From contig JBMNJG010000006.1 of assembly GCA_050951545.1 (NCBI GenBank), positions 148,576 through 212,575 on the forward strand: a stretch of DNA of 64,000 nt. The letters are read 5' to 3'. The notes under the pieces were generated by a model. That model was not told the DNA's origin. It did no database searches and worked only from the letters and a program-made list of their open reading frames with translations. Source of the stretch: Limnochordia bacterium (GTDB taxonomy: Bacteria; Bacillota; Limnochordia; DTU080). Numbering within the stretch: the first letter of the stretch is position 1; the number at the start of each line of letters is the position of its first letter. The translations under genes and the position numbers were made by a program. Below, piece by piece: positions 20,933 to 30,318 of the stretch.

Positions 20933-21193
20933 TCACCTGATGCCGATGCGTGATTTTGCTTTCTCAAGTTCGGCCTTATCTTCCGGCTCTATCTTGGAGA
21001 GCACGGCATTGTAGAGCGTCTCCGCACCCGCCTCGACATTCTCGAACGCACCGTCTTTGACACCAGCATCTACCGAATTCCTGAACGCATACTCCACGCT
21101 CTGCTTGAATTGGTAATGCGCCTGCATGAACATATCCTCGTATTTCTTTATACCTCCGCCACCTCGACCAAACAGTCTAGACAAAAACCCCAT
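20933..21193 (-). CDS. Small hypothetical protein (MGFLSRLFG N-terminus)
   Basis: 86 aa from the ATG at 21193, strong GGGGAGG SD, amphipathic N-terminal helix. Confidence 0.75.
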   Translation of the reverse strand: MGFLSRLFGRGGGGIKKYEDMFMQAHYQFKQSVEYAFRNSVDAGVKDGAFENVEAGAETLYNAVLSKIEPEDKAELEKAKSRIGIR

Positions 21194-21201
21194 CTTCTCA
21201 T

Positions 21202-21260
21202 CCCCTCCCCAGATAATCGTGTTACGCTGTGCGGGCATGTCGGCGACCTTCGATCTTCAT
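21202..21260 (-). repeat. SD-terminated dispersed element, copy 3
   Basis: GGTCGCCGACATGCCCGCACAGCGTAACACGATTATCTGGGGAGG on the - strand. Confidence 0.8.
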
Positions 21261-21485
21261 CGCGAGGTTCGCCTGCTCTCACCCGCTGTGGCGAGCTTCC
21301 CGATGTGCCTTGCGGCGTCGGCGACTAGCCACACCTGTACCTCCAAGCCCGGTAAGCTGTTCCTCTCCAATCCTCGCGAGACCCTTGCCACACGCCATCA
21401 CAGCGCGTCTGACGGCCCTCACAAAGCGCGTTAGTGTCTTGTATTCTATGACTACGAGGCGCTTCCCTCCCCAATGACACCGAAG

Positions 21486-22958
21486 CTAATCTGCCACGAC
21501 ACGAATTGTCTGCAGACTTGTGTCCTCAGGGCCCTGTACTGGCAACCCAGCGTCGATATGCTGCGCAATGTAATCAAGATTCTTTTGAGTGATCCACTCA
21601 CCTGGCAGCAGAATGGGAATGCCGGGAGGATAGACCATCACGAACTCAGCGGCGATGCGCCCAGCCGAATCCGCGAGAGACACGGCTTCGGAGCTGCGGT
21701 AAAATGCCTCACGGGGAGTAAGAGCAAGGGCTGGCAGATCGGGAAGACGTACATGAACCCGACGCGGCCGGCGCACCGCTACACTCTGAGCAACCTGCCG
21801 GAGAGCCTCAACGAGCGCCGCCACCGTCCGCTCACTGTCAGCAAACGTGACGATGGCGAGGATGTTGTATAGATCCGACATCTCAATCTCTATGTGGTGC
21901 CTGTCGCGCAACAACCGCTCCACTTCCAAGCCAGAAAGGCCCAGCCCCTTGACAGAGATGCAGAGCTTTGTTGGATCGCACCCATGGGAAGATGATAGCC
22001 CGCCCATATCTTCGGCCCCCAAGCACCAAAGCCCGGGAATGGCGTTGATCTCGCAGCGCGCCCATTCGGCTAGCGCAATAACCCTCCCGAGCATCTCGTG
22101 ACCGCGAGTGGCCAGCTGTTTGCGTGCCGCGTCCAGCGAAGCAAGCAGGATATAGGACGTGGAGGTAGTCGTGAGCATGCTCAGCACAGCCTGTATGCGC
22201 TGCGGGCTCACCAAGCCCTCTCGGACGTTCAGCACCGAACTCTGGGTCAGCGAACCTCCGAGCTTATGTACGCTCGTAGCGGCTACATCAGCTCCGGCAG
22301 CCATGGCGGAAAGTGGCAGATCTGGATGAAAGTACAGGTGGACGCCATGAGCCTCATCTACCAGTACCGGAATACCTCGTTCGTGCGCCACCTGCACGAT
22401 GCCCTGCAGGTCTGAGACGACGCCGAAATAGGTCGGATTGATGACCAGCAGTGCCCGGGCATCCGGATGCTCGCCGAGTGCGCGGCGCACTGTCGCCAAC
22501 GACACCCCGTGGGCTACGCCCAACTTCGTGTCGATCTCAGGCGTCATGAACACGGGAACCGCGCCGGAGAGTACAATACCCGTCAGCACAGATCTGTGCA
22601 CATTACGCGGTATCAGGATTTTTTCACCGGGTCCGACGCAGGCCACTATCATAGCCATGATGGCCCCACTTGTACCTTGCACCGTGAAAAAGGTGTGATC
22701 TGCACCGAAGGCCCGAGCCGCCAGCGTCTGTGCCTCTTTGATCATCCCTCGTGGCCGATGGAGATCGTCGACTGGCGGAACATTGATGAGATCGATAGCC
22801 AAAGCGTTAAGGCCTATGTAGTCCCGAAACTCGGGAGCCATGCCAGCTCCCTGCTTGTGTCCGGGTATGTGGAACTGAATGGGATGACCAGCGGCGTATG
22901 CTAAGAGCCCGGAAAACAACGGCATGGCCTCCTGACCACTGCCGTGTTGCTCCTCCAT
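21486..22958 (-). CDS. speA: Arginine decarboxylase (Orn/Lys/Arg decarboxylase family, PLP)
   Basis: PIQFHIPGHKQGAGM, ADHTFFTVQGTSGAI, VDEAHG, SVHKLGGSLTQSS; closely follows B. subtilis SpeA as recalled. Confidence 0.88.
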   Translation of the reverse strand: MEEQHGSGQEAMPLFSGLLAYAAGHPIQFHIPGHKQGAGMAPEFRDYIGLNALAIDLINVPPVDDLHRPRGMIKEAQTLAARAFGADHTFFTVQGTSGAIMAMIVACVGPGEKILIPRNVHRSVLTGIVLSGAVPVFMTPEIDTKLGVAHGVSLATVRRALGEHPDARALLVINPTYFGVVSDLQGIVQVAHERGIPVLVDEAHGVHLYFHPDLPLSAMAAGADVAATSVHKLGGSLTQSSVLNVREGLVSPQRIQAVLSMLTTTSTSYILLASLDAARKQLATRGHEMLGRVIALAEWARCEINAIPGLWCLGAEDMGGLSSSHGCDPTKLCISVKGLGLSGLEVERLLRDRHHIEIEMSDLYNILAIVTFADSERTVAALVEALRQVAQSVAVRRPRRVHVRLPDLPALALTPREAFYRSSEAVSLADSAGRIAAEFVMVYPPGIPILLPGEWITQKNLDYIAQHIDAGLPVQGPEDTSLQTIRVVAD

Positions 22959-22980
22959 GTGTACTGCCTCCGATAGTAGG

Positions 22981-23343
22981 TTACCTGCTAGAGGACCCTG
23001 ACAAACCACCTGGGCCATATAGGCGCTCTCTGCGAGCCAGGTTTTCGTTCTCCTCGCGCGCGATGGCGCGTTTCTCCTCAACAGCTTGGCGCAGTTTGTC
23101 GTCAAAGGTGATGCCCCTGAGCTTCTCCCAAGTGCTTACCCGCTTGACCTCTGTGGACAGACGAGAACCCGGCTTGTACCAACTGCACTTCGGGTCGTCA
23201 ATCGCCTCCACCCTAGCGGTCGTGGCAAAAAGCAACACGCGGATACCCCATTTTTGACCAGGGGCAATCTCGGTGTAAACAGCCATTCTGTCATGGGGTC
23301 TTTCCCACTTGCCTTCATTGAGCCACTTGATCAAACCAGGCAC
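22981..23343 (-). CDS. Hypothetical protein
   Basis: About 120 aa, GTG start overlapping the regulator's 3' end, fills the operon gap. Confidence 0.7.
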   Translation of the reverse strand: MPGLIKWLNEGKWERPHDRMAVYTEIAPGQKWGIRVLLFATTARVEAIDDPKCSWYKPGSRLSTEVKRVSTWEKLRGITFDDKLRQAVEEKRAIAREENENLARRERLYGPGGLSGSSSR

Positions 23344-24005
23344 CCCTGATGCATTATAGCATGCCTCCATGCATAGACGGCGATCTGTGTCCGGTCACGA
23401 GCGCCAAGTTTGTGGCAGACGCTACTCACGTGGTTCTTAACAGTCCCCTCAGTAATAAACAGCGCTTCCCCGATCTCGCGATTGGATAGTCCTTCCGCCA
23501 CGAGCCTCAACACGTCCGTCTCCCGTGCCGTAAGCGAGCTGATGATAGGTGTCTCACGCTTCGTAGGCCGAGGGCCATGCTCCAATAGCTGTCGCAGATG
23601 ATCCACTACACGCCTAGCCACCTGAGGGGAGAGAGAGACCCCGCCCGCCATGCCCACGCGAACAGCCCGAATAAGCTCCTCCGAAGGCGAGTCCTTAAGC
23701 AGATAACCGTCTACTCCGGCACCCAGCGCGCCCAGTATGCATTGGTCACTGTTATGGCTACTCAGAGCGATTACCGTGATGCCCGGAAACTCGCTCTTCA
23801 TGGTGGTGCAGGCATCCACATGCGATGCACACGGCTCAGGCATATCCATCACCACGACCTGCGGAGCGAGTGCGCCGCATCGCCGGAGTGCTTCCTCCGC
23901 TGTTCTGGCCATGCCCACCACTTGAAAATCCTCCTCTAGCTCGAGGATAGTTCGCAACCCCTCCAACATCAACCCTTGGCCATCTACCACCAAGATCCCA
24001 ACCAA
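23331..24005 (-). CDS. NarL/LuxR family response regulator
   Basis: REC domain (VVMDM, GYLLKD) plus LTARETDVLRLVAEGLSNREIG HTH; start uncertain. Confidence 0.88.
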   Translation of the reverse strand: MVGILVVDGQGLMLEGLRTILELEEDFQVVGMARTAEEALRRCGALAPQVVVMDMPEPCASHVDACTTMKSEFPGITVIALSSHNSDQCILGALGAGVDGYLLKDSPSEELIRAVRVGMAGGVSLSPQVARRVVDHLRQLLEHGPRPTKRETPIISSLTARETDVLRLVAEGLSNREIGEALFITEGTVKNHVSSVCHKLGARDRTQIAVYAWRHAIMHQGCLV

Positions 24006-24120
24006 CAGCGCCGCCCCTTCCCCTGAGTCTTCTAGGATATTTGACGCAGGTCCAAGGTTTCCTCTAACCAAAGTCATACATCCAGTCCCAGAATGCGACC
24101 AAGGGCCTAGGCGGACGCGG

Positions 24121-24150
24121 AAAAGGGCCTCGGAAGCTCCGAAGCCCTTG
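24121..24150 (-). terminator. Rho-independent terminator after the acyl-CoA ligase gene
   Basis: CAAGGGCTTCGGAGCTTCCGAGGCCCTTTT on the - strand. Confidence 0.7.
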
Positions 24151-24171
24151 CGAAATCCGCACCAGTAAGTG

Positions 24172-26310
24172 CTAGCTACGTACTGCTGGTACCTCCTGCG
24201 CCACCTCTGAGCTCTCGCAAAGTGTGATCTTTACATCCACGGCGGAGAGCCCCTCTTCGTAAACAAACAGCGGGTTGATATCGAATTCCTCGATCTCAGG
24301 GAAGTCGCTCACCAAGGCCGCGACCTTCGCAATTGTCGCCTCGACGGCAGCGATATCTGCTGGCGGCTCGCCTCGGTAACCCTTCAGGAGCGTGTAAGCC
24401 TTGGTCTCGCGTACCATCTCGGCTACGTCCTCCTCGGTGAGGTTGTGAGCCAGACGGAAAGCTACGTCCTTAATCAGGTTGACGTAGATGCCACCCATAC
24501 CAAACATGACCATAGGCCCAAAGGAAGCATCGCGAGCCATGCCGATGATCACCTCGCGGCCCACTGGCATCATGCGCTGGACCTCTACACCCAGGATGGT
24601 AGCCCCTTCGACAGCAGAGCACTTGGCCATCATCGTCGTAAACTCCGCAGCTACCTCATCTGCCGACTTGAGCCCCAGCTTGACGCCACCTACATCACTC
24701 TTGTGCAGGATATCAGGAGACGCGATCTTCAGAGCGATGGGGAAGCCCAGCTCTTCTGCCACGGCGGCTGCGGCCCCGGCTGACGTAACCAAGCGCCCCG
24801 GAGCAGCGTCTATGCCATAGGCGGCCACCACTTGCGCAGCCTCGCAACCCAACAGGGCACTGCGGCCTTCGGCCCGCACCTTAGCGATGATCTCTTTTAC
24901 CTGCTCTTTGTTGGCCGCATCGCGGCTGATTGGTGTGCCCAAGCCCTTCTTGCGCATCTCAGCATATCGGGCCATGCCAGAGACCGCCAGCGCAGCCCGT
25001 TCAGGAGCATCGTAGGGAGGAACACCAGCCTCACGACTGGCCTCGAAAGCATCCTTCACGATGTCGCCACCCATCCAGCAAGTGAGGACTGGCTTTTCAC
25101 CGAACTTGCGGACTGCTTCGGCCACCGCGTTAGCTGTAGGCATGGGCTCAGTCATGGACTGGGGAGAGACAACCACGATTACACTGTCTACATTTGGATC
25201 GCGCAGCACGGGCTCCAAGGCCACCTGGTAACGATCTGCACCTGCATCGCCGACAACGTCGATGGGGTTGTTGAAGGCCGCAACGGACGGTAGTTTTCCT
25301 CGTAGTTCGCTCAAGGTGCTCTCAGCTAGCTTGGACATCTCTAGATTGCCTGCGCTTTCTATGGCATCGGTGCATAGGATGCCTGGTCCGCCAGCATTGG
25401 TGACCACCGCCACCCGATTGCCTTCTGGAATCGGTTGCAGCGAGAAAGCCGTAGCCAAATCTGTGAACTCCTGAGCGCCGCCCACCCGAATACCGCCCGA
25501 CTGTTTGATAGCGATATCATAGGCCCGGTCGTTACCAGCCAGCGCACCCGTGTGTGAGGATGCGGCCTTCTGCGCAGCTTCGCCCACGCCCGACTTGAGG
25601 ACCAAGACCGGCTTGGTTCGGGAAACCTCACGCAGGGTATCCATGAAAGCGGGACCGTCGGCAACACTCTCCATGTAGCAGATAATCACTTTGGTGTTGG
25701 GGTCTTCGCCCATGGCGGCCAGGAAATCTGCCTCGGTCAGGCCCGCACGATTGCCCATGCTCACAAACAGGCTGAAACCAACATTCGCTCCCGCACTCCA
25801 GTCGAGAACAGCGGCTCCCAAAGCCCCACTCTGCGAGATGAAGCCGATGCCGCCTGTGGCTGGGTGCGTGGAGCCAAAAGAGGCGTTCATCTTGTCATGC
25901 GTGCTGATGACCCCAAGGCAGTTGGGGCCCGTCAGCGTCATGGAGTACTTCTCACAGACGGCCTGCAGCTCTTCCTCCAGCGCTGCGCCCTCTGCTCCGA
26001 CCTCTTTGAAGCCCGCAGTGATGACTACCAGGTGCTTGGCACCCGCCTGGCCACACTCCTCGGCGGCTGAGATCACGAACTTGGTGGGGATGCAGATAAC
26101 TGCGAGATCAACGGGACCGACCTCACCGATAGTCTTGTAACACTTGACGCCAAGAATCTCTTCTTCTCTGAGGTTGATCGGGTAGATTGCCCCCGGATAC
26201 CCCACGTTGAGCAGGTTCCTCAGTACTGCATTTCCCACCTTTTGAGGGTGGGCCGAAGCGCCAACAACCGCCACTGACGCTGGATTCATAAGCGAGCTAA
26301 GTTTGGCCAA
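24172..26310 (-). CDS. ADP-forming acetate/acyl-CoA ligase, fused alpha-beta
   Basis: SVAVVGAS, GPNCLG, ISQSGAL, ASSHTGALAG (catalytic His), HKSDVGGV, DINPL. TTG start at 26310 behind AGAGGAG. Confidence 0.92.
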   Translation of the reverse strand: MAKLSSLMNPASVAVVGASAHPQKVGNAVLRNLLNVGYPGAIYPINLREEEILGVKCYKTIGEVGPVDLAVICIPTKFVISAAEECGQAGAKHLVVITAGFKEVGAEGAALEEELQAVCEKYSMTLTGPNCLGVISTHDKMNASFGSTHPATGGIGFISQSGALGAAVLDWSAGANVGFSLFVSMGNRAGLTEADFLAAMGEDPNTKVIICYMESVADGPAFMDTLREVSRTKPVLVLKSGVGEAAQKAASSHTGALAGNDRAYDIAIKQSGGIRVGGAQEFTDLATAFSLQPIPEGNRVAVVTNAGGPGILCTDAIESAGNLEMSKLAESTLSELRGKLPSVAAFNNPIDVVGDAGADRYQVALEPVLRDPNVDSVIVVVSPQSMTEPMPTANAVAEAVRKFGEKPVLTCWMGGDIVKDAFEASREAGVPPYDAPERAALAVSGMARYAEMRKKGLGTPISRDAANKEQVKEIIAKVRAEGRSALLGCEAAQVVAAYGIDAAPGRLVTSAGAAAAVAEELGFPIALKIASPDILHKSDVGGVKLGLKSADEVAAEFTTMMAKCSAVEGATILGVEVQRMMPVGREVIIGMARDASFGPMVMFGMGGIYVNLIKDVAFRLAHNLTEEDVAEMVRETKAYTLLKGYRGEPPADIAAVEATIAKVAALVSDFPEIEEFDINPLFVYEEGLSAVDVKITLCESSEVAQEVPAVRS

Positions 26311-26557
26311 CTGCAGATCTCCTCTCTTAATCCTTCTACCCTGATCTTCCAACACTTCACCACGGGCAACCCCACCTACAGGGCCGGGTACCCAGGTGCT
26401 TACTTCCCCATTTCTAGATGACACGGCGCGTAAAACCCCAAGGTCAGCCTGTTAAGTACTGCCCTGCTACATGCGACTCGGGGCGGCCAACCCCATAAAT
26501 ACGTGCTAGAACTGGTATTTCCTGCGATGACCGGCTATTGTTCACAAAACGTTCACC

Positions 26558-27208
26558 TCAGCCAACGAGGTTCTCGCGCACCGCATGAGCCGCCGCTTCT
26601 GCCCGGTTGCTGACCTTCAGCTTCGCCAAGAGACTGCTCACATAGTTGCGGACGGTCTTCTGGCTGAGGCCCAACGCCTTGGCGATCTCCTTGTTCGTCT
26701 GCCCTTGCGCAATCAAACTCAAGATATCCCTCTCTCGCTGGGTCAGGACGATGTCATCGAGGTCATTGCTCCTCGCAGCCCCACCCCTGAGGCGCCGTAA
26801 CACAGTATCTGTCAGGCCCGGATCCAACCACGAACCCCCTTCGGCCACCAGACGTATGCCTTGAACGAGTTCCCGGCAACCGACCCCCTTGAGCACATAG
26901 CCACTGGCCCCGGCCAATAGCGAGGAGATCAGCGCCTCCTCATCGCTGTAGGAGGTGAACACAACCACCCGTGTCCGCGGGTATCTGCTTCGCATAGCTT
27001 GACACACTCGGACGCCGCTCATGTCTGGCAGGCGCAAGTCCAGCAGCACGACATCGGGTAGCCGCGCTGCGACAGACTCCAAGGCTTCTGCACCAGTAGC
27101 GGCGGCACCTACCACCTCTAAGCCCGGTGTATTCTCCAAGACCGAGCGCAACCCTACCCGCACCACCTCATGGTCGTCCACGATCAGTAGGCGAATGGCT
27201 TTCATCAC
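26558..27208 (-). CDS. NarL/LuxR family response regulator
   Basis: IVDDHEVVRVGL, LLDLRLPD, LTQRERDIL..IAQGQTNKEIA. Confidence 0.93.
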   Translation of the reverse strand: MMKAIRLLIVDDHEVVRVGLRSVLENTPGLEVVGAAATGAEALESVAARLPDVVLLDLRLPDMSGVRVCQAMRSRYPRTRVVVFTSYSDEEALISSLLAGASGYVLKGVGCRELVQGIRLVAEGGSWLDPGLTDTVLRRLRGGAARSNDLDDIVLTQRERDILSLIAQGQTNKEIAKALGLSQKTVRNYVSSLLAKLKVSNRAEAAAHAVRENLVG

Positions 27209-27936
27209 GTCCCCCCCTCCGAAGGCACCTTTAGCCGCACCACAGTACCCGCCCCGGGTGTGCTTTCAATGTGTAGCGTGGCCTGCAGTAAGCGTGCTCG
27301 CTCGCGCATGTTGCGCATTCCGTGATGCCCCTGGCCGACTCTTGTCGGGTCGAAGCCCTGCCCATCGTCACACACAACTAGTTCGAGGCCCGTGCCCTCC
27401 CTTCGCAGCGCTACGCCGATATGTGTGGCACTGCTATGTCGGATGGCATTGGAGAGGGCTTCGCGTGCTAGTTGCAGCAGATGGTCTGCCTGCGCAGCAC
27501 TCAGCGCCACCTGACCCATAGCCTCGGTCTCAAACCCCAGAGGGACACTCGTGGCCCCTTGCATCTCATCGACAAGCGTGCCCAAGAGGTCAGGCAGCGA
27601 CTGAGTCACATCCTTTTCCAGATTCATCACATAAATGCGGATGTCAGCCATCACCCGCCTGATCATCTCCAATAGGTGCCGGACCTCGTCTCGCTCTGCC
27701 TCAGACAGCCCTTCGGCAGGTCCGATGCGACTCTCCAACCTCAAAGCAATGGCATATAGCCACTGCACGGGGCCATCGTGCAGCTCACGAGCGATGCGCC
27801 TGCGTTCGTCAGCGATTCCCGTCGCAGCCACTTGCTGCCTATATCTAACCTCCTGACAGGCTCGTCGAGCTCGTATCAAGGCCAACACCGCCACACTGAC
27901 GGCAAGTGTAAGCAAGCCATACGACAAACGGCTCAT
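27205..27936 (-). CDS. Sensor histidine kinase (HisKA_3), single TM
   Basis: ERRRIARELHDG, REALSNAIRHS, DDGQGF, GMRNMRERA; start reassigned to MSRLSYGLL. Confidence 0.88.
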   Translation of the reverse strand: MSRLSYGLLTLAVSVAVLALIRARRACQEVRYRQQVAATGIADERRRIARELHDGPVQWLYAIALRLESRIGPAEGLSEAERDEVRHLLEMIRRVMADIRIYVMNLEKDVTQSLPDLLGTLVDEMQGATSVPLGFETEAMGQVALSAAQADHLLQLAREALSNAIRHSSATHIGVALRREGTGLELVVCDDGQGFDPTRVGQGHHGMRNMRERARLLQATLHIESTPGAGTVVRLKVPSEGGT

Positions 27937-28018
27937 TGTCTGACTCGCCTGTCCAATAGGGGCCAGCAATTCAAGGCATCTCCTAGCTTTCGCGACCGCA
28001 CAAAGACTGTTCAAACGG

Positions 28019-29191
28019 TTAGTAATAGACAAACTCCCGTACGTCGTAGCGGGTACACGCCGGACCACCCTGATCCACGGGGCGTAGCCCACTGCGTATG
28101 GTACGCTCCTGTTGCCGCATAGCTTCGTCATCAAGCGCCTGCACACCCGCCGACTGGGCCCAAAGGGCATACTCGCTATCTGGTTCCACCACGAGTTCCG
28201 ACAAGTAGACAACATCCTCGGCATCCAGCGGCAGGCGAGACAGCAGTTCAGCGGTTTCCGCTGCGTGCACCCTCTCCAGACGATCGCCCCCGGCCCCAAG
28301 CAAGAAGATCAGGCCCACCCCAACTCCACCCTCCTTCAGAGACCTCACCGCCTGCTCCACCCGATCCGGACTGCTGGGCTTGCGCAGTGTTCGAAGCACC
28401 ACAGGGCTTCCGGATTCAGCGCCTACATAGACGCGCCGCAATCCCAACCGCCGCAACGCCGCAAACTCCTCAGGCGAATGGAACTTGGTGCCAAAGAGAT
28501 CCATGAAGGTGAACACCCCTTCGATACCCCCTGGCCCCCAAGGCAACTGGGCCTGCATCAGCTCCAGAGCAGAGCTGATTTTGCCAAAGGGAAGACCTAA
28601 GGCATTGGCATCCCCCATAAAAGCAAACCGCCGGCGATTTATGGCCTCGCCAACCAGCCTCAACACAGCTTCGATGTGCTGGGCAAACTCCTCTAATGTC
28701 TTCTCGCGATAGGGACGGCCGCGATAGAATGTGCAGAATCGACAATGGTTGTAGCGACAACCTACTGTGAGCTGTAGCAGTAGTGCTCCGTACTGGTCAG
28801 GTGGCAGAATACCAACTGGCTCATATACAGAAGCAAAGCGATGTGCCCGCGAGTGCATGAGCCGAACTCCGCACGCTTCGATCTGCGCCAAAACAGCATC
28901 CCACGGGGGCCCTGGTGGCTTTGCGAGCATCCTGAGCAACACCGCCGCCCTATCATAGCCCTCTGCCGCTCTTTCCAGCCCCTCAGCGACGCTTAGATGT
29001 CTTTGCCTACGCTGCTGCACCCCGAACCACTGCAAGGGCTTCCGAAGGCAGGCACCACTGAGACCCCAGCGGCTCAGCTGATTATCCCAGAGGGCACGGA
29101 CAAGACACCCCGATCGGTCAAATGAGAAGGAAGACTCCACCCCGACTTCTACCGTGAACAGGTCAGGAGTGACACGAACCTGCGGCAACAC
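28019..29191 (-). CDS. Radical SAM protein
   Basis: QLTVGCRYNHCRFCTFY (CxxxxCxxC variant), VYVGAESGS. Confidence 0.88.
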   Translation of the reverse strand: MLPQVRVTPDLFTVEVGVESSFSFDRSGCLVRALWDNQLSRWGLSGACLRKPLQWFGVQQRRQRHLSVAEGLERAAEGYDRAAVLLRMLAKPPGPPWDAVLAQIEACGVRLMHSRAHRFASVYEPVGILPPDQYGALLLQLTVGCRYNHCRFCTFYRGRPYREKTLEEFAQHIEAVLRLVGEAINRRRFAFMGDANALGLPFGKISSALELMQAQLPWGPGGIEGVFTFMDLFGTKFHSPEEFAALRRLGLRRVYVGAESGSPVVLRTLRKPSSPDRVEQAVRSLKEGGVGVGLIFLLGAGGDRLERVHAAETAELLSRLPLDAEDVVYLSELVVEPDSEYALWAQSAGVQALDDEAMRQQERTIRSGLRPVDQGGPACTRYDVREFVYY

Positions 29192-29283
29192 GCCTCGACT
29201 ACACCTGCCTCAGCTTTCATTGTCTCCCAGGCCCCGACTCACGTCCACTGATTTATGACACGAATCTCTGGACATATGTCATC

Positions 29284-30237
29284 TCAGAGACCAACTGAAC
29301 GGGCCACCTCTTTGAGCTTGTCCGCCGAGCGCCGAAAGGCAGCCTCCTCATCGACGGAAAAGGGAAGCTCGAGAACGCGGTCAATCCCGGACCGATTAAT
29401 GATACAAGGCACGCCTAGGCAGATGTCGCTGATGCCGTGATAGTCATCAAGCAGCGTACTGACTGAAAGCACACTGTGCTGATCCTGCAGCACCGCCTCG
29501 ACAATGCGCTGCAAGCCCATCGCGATAGCGTAGTAGGTGGAACCTTTCTTCTCGATGATCGTGTAGGCCGCGTCGCGCACGCCCTTGAAGATCCCCTCCA
29601 CGGTCTCATCGGAGTATTCGCGCTCCGATGCCCAGCAAAACTCAGCAAACGGTATGGGGCCTATAGTCGCCAGACTCCAGACTGCCAACTCGCTATCACC
29701 GTGCTCACCGACAATGTAGGCGTGCACCGAGCGGGGGTCGACATCCGCATACATCCCCAGAAGGTAGCGAAAGCGAGCAGTGTCGAGAATGGTTCCAGAC
29801 CCGATAACCCGAGACGCTGGCAGACCTGAGAACTTCAGCGTAGCGTATGTAAGAATATCGACAGGATTCGTCGCGATGAGAATGATCCCCTTGGGGTGAT
29901 GCTCCATGATCCTTCCAACGATGTCACGAAAGATGGCCATGTTTTTCCGCACAAGATCAAGCCGCGTTTCTCCCGGCTTCTGAGAGGCACCGGCGGCAAT
30001 GACAATGACGTCCGCACTCGCAGTATCGGCATAGTCTCCCGCCCAAATGCGCATGGGTTGGGCAAAGGCCAGACCGTGATTGAGATCCATGGCATCGCCC
30101 TCAGCCTTGGCTTTGTTGACATCAATAAGCACGAGGTCTGAGACGACGCCGGACAACACAGCAGTATAGGCAAAGGTCGAACCCACAAAGCCTGTCCCAA
30201 CAACTGCCACGCGAGCGCCCGGACACCTTGGCTCCAT
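29284..30237 (-). CDS. ldh: L-lactate dehydrogenase
   Basis: VGTGFVG, AGASQKPGETRLDL, ATNPVD, GSGTILDTARFR, VGEHGDS. Confidence 0.95.
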   Translation of the reverse strand: MEPRCPGARVAVVGTGFVGSTFAYTAVLSGVVSDLVLIDVNKAKAEGDAMDLNHGLAFAQPMRIWAGDYADTASADVIVIAAGASQKPGETRLDLVRKNMAIFRDIVGRIMEHHPKGIILIATNPVDILTYATLKFSGLPASRVIGSGTILDTARFRYLLGMYADVDPRSVHAYIVGEHGDSELAVWSLATIGPIPFAEFCWASEREYSDETVEGIFKGVRDAAYTIIEKKGSTYYAIAMGLQRIVEAVLQDQHSVLSVSTLLDDYHGISDICLGVPCIINRSGIDRVLELPFSVDEEAAFRRSADKLKEVARSVGL

Positions 30238-30318
30238 ATGCATACCTCTTCCCATCCCGTATTCGCGTTCCCCGCGCACGTCTGGAGATAGCTTTCCCAT
30301 CTCCCCAGTAATCACCTT

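Noticed and set aside
26538-26556. Rex operator upstream of the acyl-CoA ligase gene
   Set aside because: Half-site-like GTTCAC sequences are in direct rather than inverted arrangement, so they do not fit TTGTGAA-N4-TTCACAA.
27937-28299. N-terminal extension of the histidine kinase in the ORF track
   Set aside because: Overlaps the radical SAM gene in another frame and is not protein-like. Similar over-long starts were trimmed for nagZ, speA, the ligase and jetB.
29254-29271. Sixth copy of the SD-terminated element (ATGACACGAATCTCTGG)
   Set aside because: Only the 3' part matches, in the opposite orientation, without the GCACAGC core or SD; could be chance.
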